DNA of 64,000 bases, taken from the NCBI GenBank assembly GCA_023515725.1, contig JALDTO010000136.1, positions 261,321 to 325,320 of the forward strand, written 5' to 3'. The translations under genes and the position numbers were made by a program. This document shows positions 37,831 to 53,715 of the stretch, piece by piece. The stretch's first letter is position 1; every line of letters starts with the position of its first letter. The stretch is from Amoeboaphelidium protococcarum X5. Lineage: Eukaryota > Fungi > Aphelidiomycota. The notes beneath the pieces were generated by a model. It saw only the letters and a list, made by a program, of their open reading frames with translations, did no database searches and was not told the origin of the DNA.

Positions 37831-39048
37831 ATGCGATCAAAGCGCGGGATCTCTATTGCGCAGTCTTTTCTGAGCGTAAAGTCTGCATATCTTAATAATT
37901 ATAGAAAGATCATGATAAATACGCGTATTGGTAGGAGATATCTTGCCAATGTCAGTAATGCTGCTTTAAAAAAATAAAAAATCTCCCCTCCGCAACTCTA
38001 ACAAAAACCATTAGAAAGTTATGAGGTTAACGCGTAGAAATTGATGCCGTCATAGATATTGAATCGTTATGAAGAGACGTATGACGCCAACTTGGCTGAA
38101 GATTTGGCAATTCTGGGGTATGATCACTTTAAGCACGCCAATCCTCAGTCGGCATATAGACGCATTCTCTAAGAGGTGAATTAGGATATTAATGCCCCAT
38201 TTGAAGAGAAGTGTTAGCAGTGGCGTATGTATTAGCTGAATTAGCTCGAGAACTTGGATGTTGGTAGTAAGTCTTCGGCTGCCAGCTCTAAAAAGAAATT
38301 GGAATAGAAAGCGTAATAGCTGAAGGCGGAGAAGTAACGCGTCAATCACCTGGATAAGCTATCGAAATATCTTGATATCTCTGCCTCTTCCTAGTCTGGT
38401 AATACATAGAGTATGCATAAACAGCTCAACCTTTACGAGACTTTGCCGCGTATCCAGAGTGTATCCATTGCGATGCGAATGCCCCAGGCTGTGGTGTAAT
38501 CAAAAAAAGTTTTGCTCTATGGAATGTTGGCACTGAACTTGTGCACTGGCTAGTAAGCGCAAATTATTTATGCCGGTGATAATGACACCAATGCCAAGTA
38601 GCGAATTAGATCTGGTATGCCTATTGGAGTCAGAGTGCGTATGACTGATTCTAAAGTATTCGGCGACTTTTTGGGCAAGTTTGCAGAGATTGTGTTGCCA
38701 AAATTGAGAGACTTCAAAGGCTTCGGTAAGACCACTTCCAATATCGGGCATCATGGCTTGAATGGTCTTCCATAGAGTACCCTCACCTTGAAAATGGACG
38801 CGGAGTCTTGGTAATCTTATCCAGAGATATCTCAAGCTTATTTGAAATTTCCTCATACTGGCTCAGTGGGATCTCTTCAGAATTATGAAATCTCTATATA
38901 AACTGTCAACACTCAATCGCCGGATGATATTAAACTGCTTCTGAGTGGATATAGAATTCCTTTCACTTTTATGGAAGATGCGCCAGAGTCGTTCCTGGAA
39001 GAGTTGAAGGCGCAAAATGCTCAGCTGGAGGAGATTCAGGACGTTTGA
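37831..39048 (+). CDS. MRPL7: mitochondrial ribosomal protein uL5m
   Basis: RYEETYDANLAEDLAILGYDH, RIRSGMPIGVRV, EIVLPKLRDFKG, LLLSGYRIPF; start may be 37912. Confidence 0.85.
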
Positions 39049-39167
39049 ATTTATAATTACTGACAGATTAATAAAAGGCCAAGACTTATAATTATCAAGT
39101 TATTGAGCAACTTCATTTAACTACAGTTTTTTATTATAATATTCAATCTTGGATAAAATTTAGCAAA

Positions 39168-40943
39168 TCACTCTTAATTACCGCGAAGTTTATCCTTCTC
39201 CTCCCGCTTGGTCTTTCTGTCCATGTTCTCCTTGTTGCGAATCTTGTGCTCTTCACGAGTCTTGTATTCAGTCTCTGCGACTATTTGGGATAGAAGATCT
39301 TTAGGAGCTAGATTATCAACGTGTTGGTGCAAGTTGGCAAAATGAGGTGCGCCTCTATTCTGATCCAATACGGCAACTTGGTTCAGATATTCTCGACTAT
39401 AATTACGCGCACCAGTGAGGAGGGATGAAGCACGTAACAACTCTCCTCTTATGAAATACAACGAGTCTCTTCCTACTGGGCGTCCCAAATTATGTCCCAC
39501 TTCAAAAGGATCTTCGATACAAACCCAAAATCTCTAGTACTGCTCCTTTGACTGCTACTACTACTATTATTACTATTTGGACTGCTCCGAGATTTCTTTA
39601 GTCTCTTTTGCAACATTTACATCAGACGGAGCACCATCCTAAACAAGCTCCTCTTTATCCTTTAACTCTTTCTGTTATTACTGTTAATCCAACAGAGGAA
39701 CCCAACCTTTATCGGCCTTAGTCAAGATGCCGCCCAGACGAATAGAAGCCACATGCTCTTTAAAGTCAAAATCAAATGCCCAATACTTTATAAATCCATA
39801 AAACAAAGATCCCAGCGATTACTCGTTAAGATTCTTGATCTTAATAGCTTCCAAATTCTCAAAGAAATAAGTGTCATATTATTCATCAGTGACCACTTGC
39901 CTCCACTCTTTATCCACCATAGTCGGATCACGAGATTCTGCAGTATTTACTTCAACATTCTAACCTTCTATCGGCACTAGCTCGTGGCCAAAAGTCTTTA
40001 CTGATATCAGTCGCTATGGTGTCTGACCATCAGCAGATAGCTTCTATAGATTGGGCAATACAGGTGGACTAACACCACACTACAGATAATGTATGACCAT
40101 CAATACGTACGCGTAAGATGACAAAGTTCCAGAGTAGGTGTCATTAATAGAACGCCGCTTAGACCAATACTTTACCAGGTAGACCAAATGCCTCAACCGT
40201 ACATCAAACATACTGTAAGCATGCAGTAATCTGGTATTATACACGGCCAAAGTATTCTAAAATCCCAGATCGACATTGATACCAGTAACAGCATCACGAT
40301 ACTTGATAATTGGAATACGAGTCTTTGTGAGAACTTTCACGTCCTGAAATCGTTTACTTTCAGCACTTGACAAACGCTCTCCGATAAAGTCAAGAATCAC
40401 TTGAGGGATAGTAAGAGGAGGCTATTGACGTGGAACCTTCATCTTCTCTTCCTCATCCTCACCATCACCGCTATCTCCTCCCTAATCTCCATCAACACCG
40501 CTTTTACTACCTCCAACAGCTACTGGGCCTTTAGTAGCAACATGCTCTTCATAATCGCGAACAGACTACTCATACTCTTCCCTAATCTACTTGCATTTCT
40601 GTAATCTCAGCTGCTCCATCTCAATCAGCTTAACATCGCTCAGGTCCATACACAAGTCCATATCGACAGAACCACGCAAGAAGAGTCCATTCGCAGCAGA
40701 GCCAAATTTGTGCAGTAGAATATTATCCGTCCCGAAGAGCGTACTAAGAAACTCATACAAATACAAGTACGTTCCATTCAGCTATTCCACCTCTTCAGCC
40801 GTGGGCTCAATCTCGCGAACCAACTGGAGACACTCTCGAGTGAAAGCACCATCGAGATAATGCTGCGGTGGCAACTTGTGATAATGATCATAATGTCCTC
40901 GCTATGGCTACTTCTACCTTCCAGAGCTAAAGTCTGCAGTCAT
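39168..40943 (-). CDS. Cid1-like terminal uridylyltransferase / non-canonical poly(A) polymerase
   Basis: [52 protein letters not shown]. Confidence 0.88.
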
Positions 40944-41658
40944 ATTAACAAGTTGATGGATTATATTCTGTGAGGTATAGGAATTACAGTGGTTTTATTC
41001 TACGGAAGTTAGAACAGAACGGTGTTTGCTTTAGAGGAAGGAAGAACGTAAACACGCGCGCGTAAGGATAGAAATGGTTTTATGAGCAACTTCGATTGAA
41101 GATAGAACGGAAGAATTTCAGAGAGTGATCGCGTCAGACCGGGTAGAAATGTTTTACCAGTTACTTCAAGTAGAAACTGCTAAAAGCAGAGATTCAACGT
41201 GTGCCACACAATATTTGACAAGAAAGGAATAATGATGTTTCACCATATGCATTACACTAAAAGAAAATTAATCCACTGTTTACCGCTCACTGCCTACAGA
41301 AGAAAGTCTCGTCTTGTAAGCTATTTGTTTCACTCCACTCGGCTTTCAAGATCAACAAAATATCCGCTCCTCGCTTGGCAACCACATTATCACTCTCCCT
41401 TCCCTCCTTTCTTAGTGATTATTATTAGGTGTCGTTGGTGTTATACATAAAGAAGCTGGAGTATATTCCTTCGTTCTCTGTTTCATCATTAACTCTCTAA
41501 AGCTCTCGTTGATATTCAGAATTGCTTAGTGTTAACTCATTGTTGGCACAATTACTCATACTACTCTGCATATAACATTGTTTGGGCAGACAATTTATTG
41601 ACAAGAATTATTTAATAGTTTTTTCTTTCTAATCAAATACATAGAATTAGTAGTTATA

Positions 41659-44562
<2,904 letters not shown>

Positions 44563-44710
44563 AATACTTAAGTATCAGTTTTCTTTCCTGAAATATATAT
44601 ATGTATTTAAAATCTAGCCAATAGATTTTAGTTTGAACCTTCTTTCACACTATGCCACTCGAAAATAGTAATGTAACATAGCTATAATGATCATTTTAAA
44701 TGCACTTGAA

Positions 44711-44870
44711 ACACGCGCGTGTGATTGAGAAACACGATGGAAAACACACGCGACTAAGAGTCAGGCGTCCACCATCAATCGGCAACCTTAATCAACCGAA
44801 CATGATTAAGGAGTCAAATTTCTGCAATCACAGCGAGGACCAAGACGCAACTTAGTCGAAACAACGCGTT
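44711..44870. promoter_or_regulatory. cluster of ACGCG (MCB/CGCG-like) motifs upstream of STE12
   Basis: acacgcgcgt, acacgcga and aacgcgtt within 160 bp; the same motif lies upstream of many other genes in the window. Confidence 0.4.
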
Positions 44871-44999
44871 TGAGAAGACAAATTCTTTTTATCGATACAG
44901 CGACAGCCATTGTACGTCACTTTCCATTGGGCCGACACGTTGCATAACCTCAATCTTTGGCATTTACTGCTATAATATATCACAATCATATATCAAGAG

Positions 45000-46925
45000 A
45001 TGGATTCAAGTGATTCTAAGGATCAAAAGGATTTATATCTGGCGCCACCTAGTCCAGCGCCGTCTAATATTTCCACCCCGGGTCTCCGACTGCGAGAAGG
45101 CGTTGTGGCGATGAGTTTGAGCGACGACGCTGTCGATCAAGTGGCTGAAACAGAAATGGAGTAGATGCTGGTGGAGGATCCTGATGATAATGTTAGTGCT
45201 CCTGGTGGAAGCTAGTAGACATTGGTAAAATCTGAACCTCGCGCTTCTGTCCATATTCCGCTGCAATTGAGTCAGACTACCGCTGACCACCCGGCTGTCG
45301 CTCAGTTTGCTATCAACGATCGCGATACTCGACTGTTCAAGATTCTTAAAATTGATCCTTAGCAGTTTTCCAAAGAGATTTATGCGGCAGATGAAGTTGC
45401 TCTCTAGACATTTCTAGATGATGCTCCTTCTATTGCTAATGAGCACAAATATGTCGCCTCTTATATGATCGATGATGGTGTTCGCGTTAGCTGTGTCAAC
45501 TGGAAAGGTCGCTGGTTCATCAGTGGTACTGATATTGTGAGAGTGCTCTTGCATCGATACACCTTGTATACTGGACGGAAGCCTTTCAATATGAAAAAGT
45601 TTGAAGAGGGGATCTTTTCTGACCTGCGACGCCTAACACCTCCCAAGGATTGTGTATTGGAGAATACCCGCTCTGATTTCTTGGTGTTCCTATTCGACCA
45701 CGACTGCGTGAGATCGAAGAAGAAGTAGAAAGTATTTTTCTGGTCTTCTTTCAAGAATTGTGTCGACAGTCTATTTTGTGATGCTCTGGAGCGTGAATTG
45801 GCGCGTATTGAAATGGCAAAGGCTGTGTCCATGTCTATCGATGAGTTTATCAAGAGTGGTGTTGTGCCTACTGGAAGCTCTGCATAGACTGATGTTCATC
45901 GTCGGCCGTTGCCTTTTGATTGGACACTGCTGGCTGAGTAGAGAGAAGATGTTGACGATAATGGTGGTCCTCTGTTGAAACCTCTGCTTTCTGTAGACTA
46001 AATCCATTACATAAGGAATGATATAACCGGACTATTTACTCGCCATCTTAGAGCCAGGTTGGTGGATAGACATGATTAGATTTCATCCGATGTTGTCTAG
46101 TTAGCTAAGCAGTTGATGCAAAGTAAATCATTTAAAGGAGAGCCAGTGCCCCAGCCATCGCCAGTCAAGAAATCCCCATCCACTGCTGCTCCTAAGAAGC
46201 CAAGAAAGACTGAAGTGCAAGAACTGTACGATGACACTGATTCTGATAACGACGGTGGATCTGTGATAAGGGCGCCTATTTCGAGGCGTGCACGTGCCGT
46301 CTAGAAGCCAAAGGCATTTTCATCTTCGCCGCCAGTCAGTCCTCGAGCTACTCCTAAGCCTACTGCTTAGTCAAGATATAGTACGCAATCTGCAGCTGCT
46401 ACTAGTCCGAACGCTAAATCGTTGCCGGCCACTAGCCCTTTGGTAAAGCATTCACCTATCAGTAGAAGCTCTACACCTGTAAATATGAGATTTACTCCTT
46501 ATGGTTATCGAAGAAGTCCATTTCCTTTCCCACCACGTTTGCCGATTCTAGATAGAAGTGGATCGGGTGGTTATGAGAGCTATATGGGTGGTAACAGGAT
46601 GGAAGATGATACTGGCTTCCTGAGTGAGACGTCCGGCGATGAGGAGTAGGAGGAGATGGGCAGTTAGCATAGTTATCTGCTGTCAGCCAGTGCTAGTTAA
46701 CATTCATCGTCCTCACTGATGTATGATGAGGATGTGGATCGCAGAATATCTCCTCGCAGAAGTGAACTATTTGTGGAAGACTCTTCGCTACGTGCTCTTG
46801 CTAATAGAACATATCCGTTGGGTCATGGCAATGTAAACAGTAATGATAATAACAGTACTAGTAATTAGAAACCATAAAATGAATTTGAAGCTGCTTATAT
46901 CCTGTTAGGAATGAATTAGAATTGA
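45000..46925 (+). CDS. STE12: STE12-like transcription factor
   Basis: STE domain VSCVNW...ISGTDIVR...KKFEEGIFSDLRRL...KKKQKVFFW...DALERE; long Ser/Pro-rich tail. Confidence 0.9.
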
Positions 46926-46988
46926 TTCAAGTTAAACAATAGACTTCATTACGTTCTTCACACAATTTTAAATTTTACCGCCTCAACT

Positions 46989-48914
46989 TCACGCTTTATT
47001 ATTATACTTGCTCAGCAACTCCTGCCTGTAAATGTTGTGAGAGTCTCCTTAGATATAAATTGCCTCTAACGACTGACTATTATCCTCAAAAACAACTTTA
47101 GGAACAGGTACATTTGAAGGCATATTCACCAGCTTGCCATTATCCTTGGACCATTTGCGCGTAAACTTTAGAATCCCATAATGAGACTTACAATGAAGAG
47201 AGTCTGAATCACTAAATTACTCGCTTACTTCTACTAATGTCTTTGACAGAAGTTCGGCAGGCAGTGTACCATCTGAATAATCGACGCCATCAGTTTACAT
47301 TCTAGACATCAGAGTTTGAGTCAACTTGATAGCAATTTTGGCCTATCCAGAATCAAAGAGGTGATCAGTGACTAGAGGTATAAACGGTATCAGAGCAACG
47401 TGTCCCATTACATGATTCAAACCGTCTAATTTTTAACGAGTATTGCATTCTTTCGCTTTCATATCCTGGCACTCAATTATATCAAGTAGACTGATTCCCA
47501 TTCTTGGCCTATACTCAAAGGAATTACAAGGCACTTAACCGGTAGACATTACCTTCCCAACAAAGTTTAGCCCTTGAAGATAAGCTGGTAAATCTGGCTT
47601 AAACCACAACTTGTTGTCTTTAATATAGTTAGTTAGCAAGCACGCGTCATCTATAAGATCTAATGGATTGGATTGTGATTGTTGATTGTTCATGTCATTG
47701 TTCTGATCATCATCTTCTTCAGCCGGCAGATTACTCAAAGCGTCCTGTTCGTCATTATCAGTATCAGACGGCGGAGAATCTTCCAAGTCTATTGTCACAT
47801 TATCTTCAACTTCCAACTCCTCTTCAATCGAATCCTCTTCAGCTTAAGGACCAACGAACCTTAATTTCTCGAGAGCATATTTACTGAAACTCTTAGATAC
47901 GATAGTGCAAATAATCTTCAGATGTTAGAAATTAAAACACTACTTCTTTGCATCCCAGACGCGTAGCTACTATTCTAAAGAGCCCTTTTAATTACGAAAC
48001 TTTATATAACCGTCATACAGTGAATTAATCTTTAGTCCTCTCACCTTGGGCAAGTAATCATTCCCAACTAGTAAACTGAGAGCAGCAAAATCCTTCAGCA
48101 AAGAGTCAGAATCAATTGGGTTTTAGCATTTATTGCGCATATCAATAGCCAATTCTTATTTAAACGACTTTAATGAAAATCTACCAAGAGTGCTTTTATC
48201 AGGAAACATGGTGGGATTATCAAAGTATACATCAGAGAATCGATCAAGCAATTGTGAATTCATCATCAATTAAACATAGATATCAGAGTCTGTGCCAACT
48301 ATAGCAACACTTTCCTGCTTCAAATCTTATTGGCGATTAGATGGGAATTTCTTATTTCCACCAGCCACCGTACTCAGCGACCGTAAATGCTTCAGAATTT
48401 TGTGCTCGCCTTCACCTGCAATAAGTGCAGAATCTATGTACATACAGAGTCCGGCATATTTGGCGCGTAATAAATGTTTGAAAGCATAGTATTCTAGCCA
48501 TAAAGCCGTCTAATTCATAATTCTCGTATATGGAGTAAATACAACGCCTTTGCTCTTCTATCCAACAGCATTCTTTCTAATATCAAGCATAATCTTATGT
48601 TCTCTCCCCAATCTCTGCACAAAGAATTTACTAACTGGGGCAACACCATCCATGGCTATGTATATAGACTTGTTCACATCATATTACTTAATAACACGCG
48701 TCAGACAAGAGAATAAGGATAGACAGATGCTCTTTTCACTTTTAAAGGCATGTAAAGGGATTTTATGCAGGAACGCATTGAGATCAATGTAAAGGTGATT
48801 GACAGACTGCCTGGCGCTCTATCTATTTTAACCATGTCCACTCTTTTGTGTATTAATGAAAGCTTTGGGATATTGCTATTTGAGCCACTTTCCATACTGA
48901 CCTTCAATTCCCAT
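46989..48914 (-). CDS. XRN-family 5'-3' exoribonuclease-like protein (short, 641 aa)
   Basis: MGI, HLYIDLNAFLH, YIAMDGVAPVSKFFVQRLGR, TPYT, AGEGEHKI, GTDSD, LVGNDYLPK. Confidence 0.88.
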
Positions 48915-49330
48915 CTCGATTTTAGTATAATTCAGAACAATAAATGATGATGTAATGGAAAGAAAGGTGGTAAAGATGAAAATAGTGGCGATAGAAACTA
49001 TTAGCATATTTCTTACGGCGAAAATTGTTACTAAAAGCGGTGAGTATTACCATATCTAAGTCGTATAGGTAAAAGTGATAGAAAAAGGCACTAGTATGAG
49101 TAATGAAACGAAGACGACGACGCATAAGTTTAGTTAGGATTGTTCTCTCGAGCGCAGCAACTAAATATCATCGCCAGAAGAAGAACCTTGAAACTACTTG
49201 TGCAGATCACTGAGAAAATTGGATAGTGCAGGAAGCGATTATAAATTTCTCTCTTGAAGTCCACTTTGTGCTTACTTTAGGCATACAGTACAATTCACAT
49301 AGAACATTGTTTGAACATCAACTCAAATTC

Positions 49331-49580
49331 TAGGCCCGGTCGGCCCGTTTCAGCGACGAGCGAGCGCGCGAGTGTTTCCTAATTGGGACGACCACTCACA
49401 CTCACGAAACATGCTCCAACTCAACACACTTTATAGAGTACCATCGATTTTAGTACCAATCGATAGATCGTCATCTGAAACGGCAGATGAGCTTATTCCC
49501 AAAGAAATTGATCTAGAACTGACGAAGTTGCCATTTGATGGTGCCCGTTTCACTCAAGCCCCGTTTCAGATCTGAAACCA
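49331..49580. mobile_element. possible solo hAT-like DNA transposon end
   Basis: starts TAGGCCCGGTCGGCCCGTTTCAG; CCGTTTCA recurs near 49345, 49545 and 49561, inverted near 49476; partner TIR and transposase not found. Confidence 0.35.
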
Positions 49581-51334
49581 TCGCACAATGTCCCACAATC
49601 AAACAATCCCACAATCCTAGTCCAATTCTCTTCTCCACTTTCATTATCAATCTTCGTCCAAGACCATTTTCTTATGGTAGATATCTCGCTGTGCATCCCA
49701 TCTGCAATGCTTATGCTACTTGATGGATGTCTCGGTATCCTTTGCTCATCGCTCGCTGGTGGTCATGCTATCTCTCGGCCTCTCCATGTGAAACGATCCG
49801 CTTACTGTCCTGCTCTGGTCGGTCCCAAGTCTGCTACACAACTATCTGAATGGTAACTGTTCATTGTTTGGGTATCTCTTTCTATCTCCTGCGATTCTCT
49901 CAAGTTTGGTTTGGTCTGGTCTGATGCATGATGTGTTTTGGTGGTGGCTCTCTTGCTCTCTCCCGCCTGAAAGCTTCCCTCAATCTCTCTGCTCTCTCAA
50001 GGCTTACTTTGGTTGCTTTTTACTCTCATGCTGCTACTCGATGAAATTTGGTAACAAGGCTGTTATACAAGGTTGATTGATAGCTCTCTGATGTTTCAAA
50101 ATGCTGCTGACGTTTTAGTTGCTGGACTACAAGGCTTCTACTCATTTGTCTCTTTTATCCGGTAAGCTTATTATACAGACTTGTACTGTTTTGTTTTATT
50201 CATTGCTACTGTATTTGTGTAGATTGTCGCTATTATGTCAGTTTAGAAGAAGCATTTAAGGTTGTAATCGAAGCTTCTCTCAATCTATGCAAGGCTCTGC
50301 AAGTAAAGTCACTCGTTTGGTGTTTCTCTCAGGTTGCATGTTGGATGAATTGCTCACTGGTCTGCTGAATACTGCTTAGTGTGCATGTGGTGTTTTGTGT
50401 CATATCTGGTTTAAAGTTCTACTCTATGTTTGCTGTTCACGTCTTTGCTCTTGCCTCTTACTCCAGGAAATAGAGGACTTCACAAGGTAGTCGTGTGCAA
50501 ATGCTCTATGAATAGCTGTTGTCATATGTAAAAAGCTAACTTCAAGATTTAGTTACACTGCTGCTCCGTGTTTCTAACACTGGCTCGACTGCATGTGCTT
50601 AATCATTTGACATAATTGCCCTACGAATTCTTTGTTAACTGCACAGCTGCTCCTTCGTGTCATCTATATTGTCTGCTTTTGCTACTACCGCACAACGCTA
50701 CATTTAGGCTTTGTTTATTGGGCCATTACTTCCATGTCTTCTGATCTATGTGATATTGCCTCTGTCGTAATATTGTTCTCCAGATGCTTTGTTTATTGGG
50801 CTTCTGTGTCATGACGTCAAATGGTTAAACTACTCTTTTTACTAACGTTAATTGATGATAAGAAACTTTCTTGATTGGTTGTTGGTTCTCTATGACGAAT
50901 GTATCTAGTGCGCTCTCTAAAATCTGAAATACTGGCTGTATGTTTTACGCAGTGTTCATACTGACTGGCCTGAACTTTGTAAAGATTTGGTCTTATATGC
51001 ACTGGATGTTAATATTTGCTCACAGTTACAAAAAATTCGCTATAAAGTGTATTGTTCATTGCTTTAAAAATTTGCTAGAGTGTAAAAAGGACCTTGTCTA
51101 TGGTCTGCACGAAACGATACCTTTCTCCTATCACTAAGTGAGTAAATAGTAAAGAATATCTATGAAAGATCTCTGCTTAATGATGGCAGTAGAAAGTCTA
51201 TAAATTATAAATTCACCCTAAATACTAATGGGTTTAAAGTTATCATTACATGGAGTCCTCTGCTCCATGAAATAAAAAGGTCGTCTAGCACCATTTGCAT
51301 CTCAATAGCTGGTTGAAGTTTCCTCATCGTGGTA

Positions 51335-51918
51335 GTCTCCGTCCTCTGGTTTATGTGCTGGTAGATGGAGCTTGTGCTGGTTCTATAGCGCTGGTTTGTA
51401 CCAAGGCAGCAGCAGAGGTCATGCTTGCCTTTCTATTGAACCGCAGCTACCAGTTGGGTTGATTTTCTTTTCTAATGGCTATTGAGAAGGCCAAATGGTT
51501 TAAAAAATAAAAAAGTTGAGCTCCCAGCTGGGCATCCTCGCATTGCTCTAGAAAATTAAAAATGGTGCCTTTAAAAGGACTGGTACAATCAGTTGTCGTG
51601 CCTGAAGCTAGAGAGCCTCACAGATGGAAATCTCCCTGTGAGTTGGCTCATCATTATGTAAAGAAGCCCTTATACTAATGGGCATGAGAATAAATTTGAT
51701 TTAGCACAGAGTCCCTCTACTCTGTGTCGTCTGGTCGCGTCTTGACTTGTCCTGTCTTCTATGCTTGCTAGAGTGTCTCCTCCTGGAAGTCTCCTTCTGC
51801 TGGTTCATTTGCTGGTGTTTGGAGCTCGAGCTGGTCCTGTAGTGCTGGTCTGTGCCATGACAGCAGCAGAGGTTATGCTGTCATTCTATTGGATCGCTGC
51901 TTCTCAGGTTGGTGATTA
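51335..51918. repeat. two diverged ~130-bp direct repeats (about 51335-51463 and 51789-51918)
   Basis: gtctcc...tgctggt...tggagct...gctggt...cagcagcagaggt.atgct...ttctattg shared. Confidence 0.75.
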
Positions 51919-52724
51919 CTCTGGCTATCTGGCGAAGAGGTGCTGGACGGGTCCTTGTCATATCAAAGCACTTATGGTCATTGAAGGGCCATGAGTAGCT
52001 GGGTGTTTGGTTAGTGGGCTGGTGTTGGCCGTAAAGAAAAGCTGGCTGGTTGGCTGGCTGGCGGAAGGAAGGGTGGGCCGGTGATGGCCATAGAAGAAAG
52101 CTGAGTGGGTGGTGGGTGGTGGCTGGTGAAGGCCGAAATTAGATGCCCGGCAAAGCTGGGTTTGGAATGGGCCAGTGGCCCTGGTGGTGTAAATTAAATT
52201 GGCGCGCGGGTCTCTCTTATAGCTGAATACCGACAAGGACTGCATAATCCCAATCTTTCTGGCCAGCTGTTGGATAAAAATCTTAATCCTAATGTACATG
52301 GACGTTGTCTGTGATGGCTGGCCTTCTAATGCTGAGAGTCCTGGTATTGCTAACTACTTGCATGCTTGACCCGCGCGCCGCCTTGGTATTGGCATTAAGT
52401 TTTAATGGCCCTATAAAAATAAATAATAGCTGCCAGTGCTAATGCCAAGGTGATAAAAAAAGTGAGCTGGTGGAAGAGGATAAAAGTTGAGTCTAGGTGG
52501 CCTTGCAGAGTTATATTTAAACTTGAGCACTTAATTGGCCCGACTCTGATTATTGATAGCTTCGTCCCTTCCTCTGCTGTAAGTCTCACCCCCTTATTTG
52601 GATGGTTGCTAATACAAGGCATGCTGTATTGCTCCATCCTCAGTGCTCTCACTCGTCTTGCTGGTCTAAAAATTGTATACCCTCATTGACTGGCTGGCGA
52701 GCTGTACTTAAAATTCCCAAATTG

Positions 52725-53077
52725 GTCCTCCTCCTCATAGCCATAGGTGCCGTAGTTTAGATTCATAGGCATCTCTGGCTGGTCCTTGTCATTGTTTGCA
52801 TGTGGCACCGCAGTTTATTTTTATTGGTGTCGCTGCAAGAGTCCTCCTCATAGCCACTGGTACCGTAGTTTAGATTCATAGGTATCTTTGGCTGGTCCTC
52901 ATCATCGTTTGCATGTGGCGCCGCAGTTTATTTTTATTGGCGTTGCTGCAAGAGTCATCCTCCTCTCCTCATCGCCACTGGTACCGTAGTCTAGATTCAT
53001 AGGTATCTTTGGCTGGTTCTCTATCATTGGTTGCATGTGGCGCCGTAGTCAACTTTCATAGGCGTCGCTGCAAGAGT
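52725..53077. repeat. three-copy ~115-bp tandem repeat
   Basis: units start near 52725, 52841 and 52953: cctcctcatagcca...ccgtagtttagattcatagg...tgcatgtggc...gctgcaagagt. Confidence 0.92.
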
Positions 53078-53715
53078 ATTACTGTGCTTCCGTAGTTCAT
53101 ATCATCTCTGTATTATAGTCATTCATTCATTGGAAGCACAGTAGAGTCATTAGATATTAGATTATAGATTTTTCCATTCGAATTTGTCAAGGCGTCTTTG
53201 TCTGCTCTGTAGTCTACAGTTAAGAGTTGGCTTGATCTCCTTGGCAAGAGTTTATATTATTATTCTTATTACATTGAGATGCATTGCTGCTGTGGTTCTC
53301 CTCACAATCGAGTTTGCCAGAAGTTCTGTGTTGGTGCGGTCTGTCTATAAATTCTATGATGGTCCTCTCTAGTACTTGGTAACACAGTCATCCTGTTGGC
53401 GACTCTATTTCTCAGCTGCATCCTCATACATTTATTAAAAAAGAAGGTGCTGCTCAGCGCTTAAGCAATGAATATAAAAAATCAGTAAATTTAATTACTA
53501 CCAACTGTATCTTTTCTTCATCCTTTTTGTTATTGTATTACAGCATTATACTTTGCAAGTTATAACAGTCAGCCAGTGCCTGCTTAACGTACGCGCGCCT
53601 CTCTCTCCGGCGCGCTTCAAACTTATAGGAAGCCACTCAATAGTTTTAATCTCGGAAAATTTCAAATTAAATTGCTTCACTTGTATAAACTAAAAAACAC
53701 CAATTGAGTATTGAT

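Noticed and set aside
49338-49373. Resemblance to the AAV ITR Rep-binding element (GAGCGAGCGCGC)
   Set aside because: Short, GC-rich, no full hairpin and no Rep gene; fits the local CGCG motifs or a transposon end equally well
52725-53077. Possible CRISPR array
   Set aside because: Whole units are repeated with no unique spacers; eukaryotic context; no cas genes
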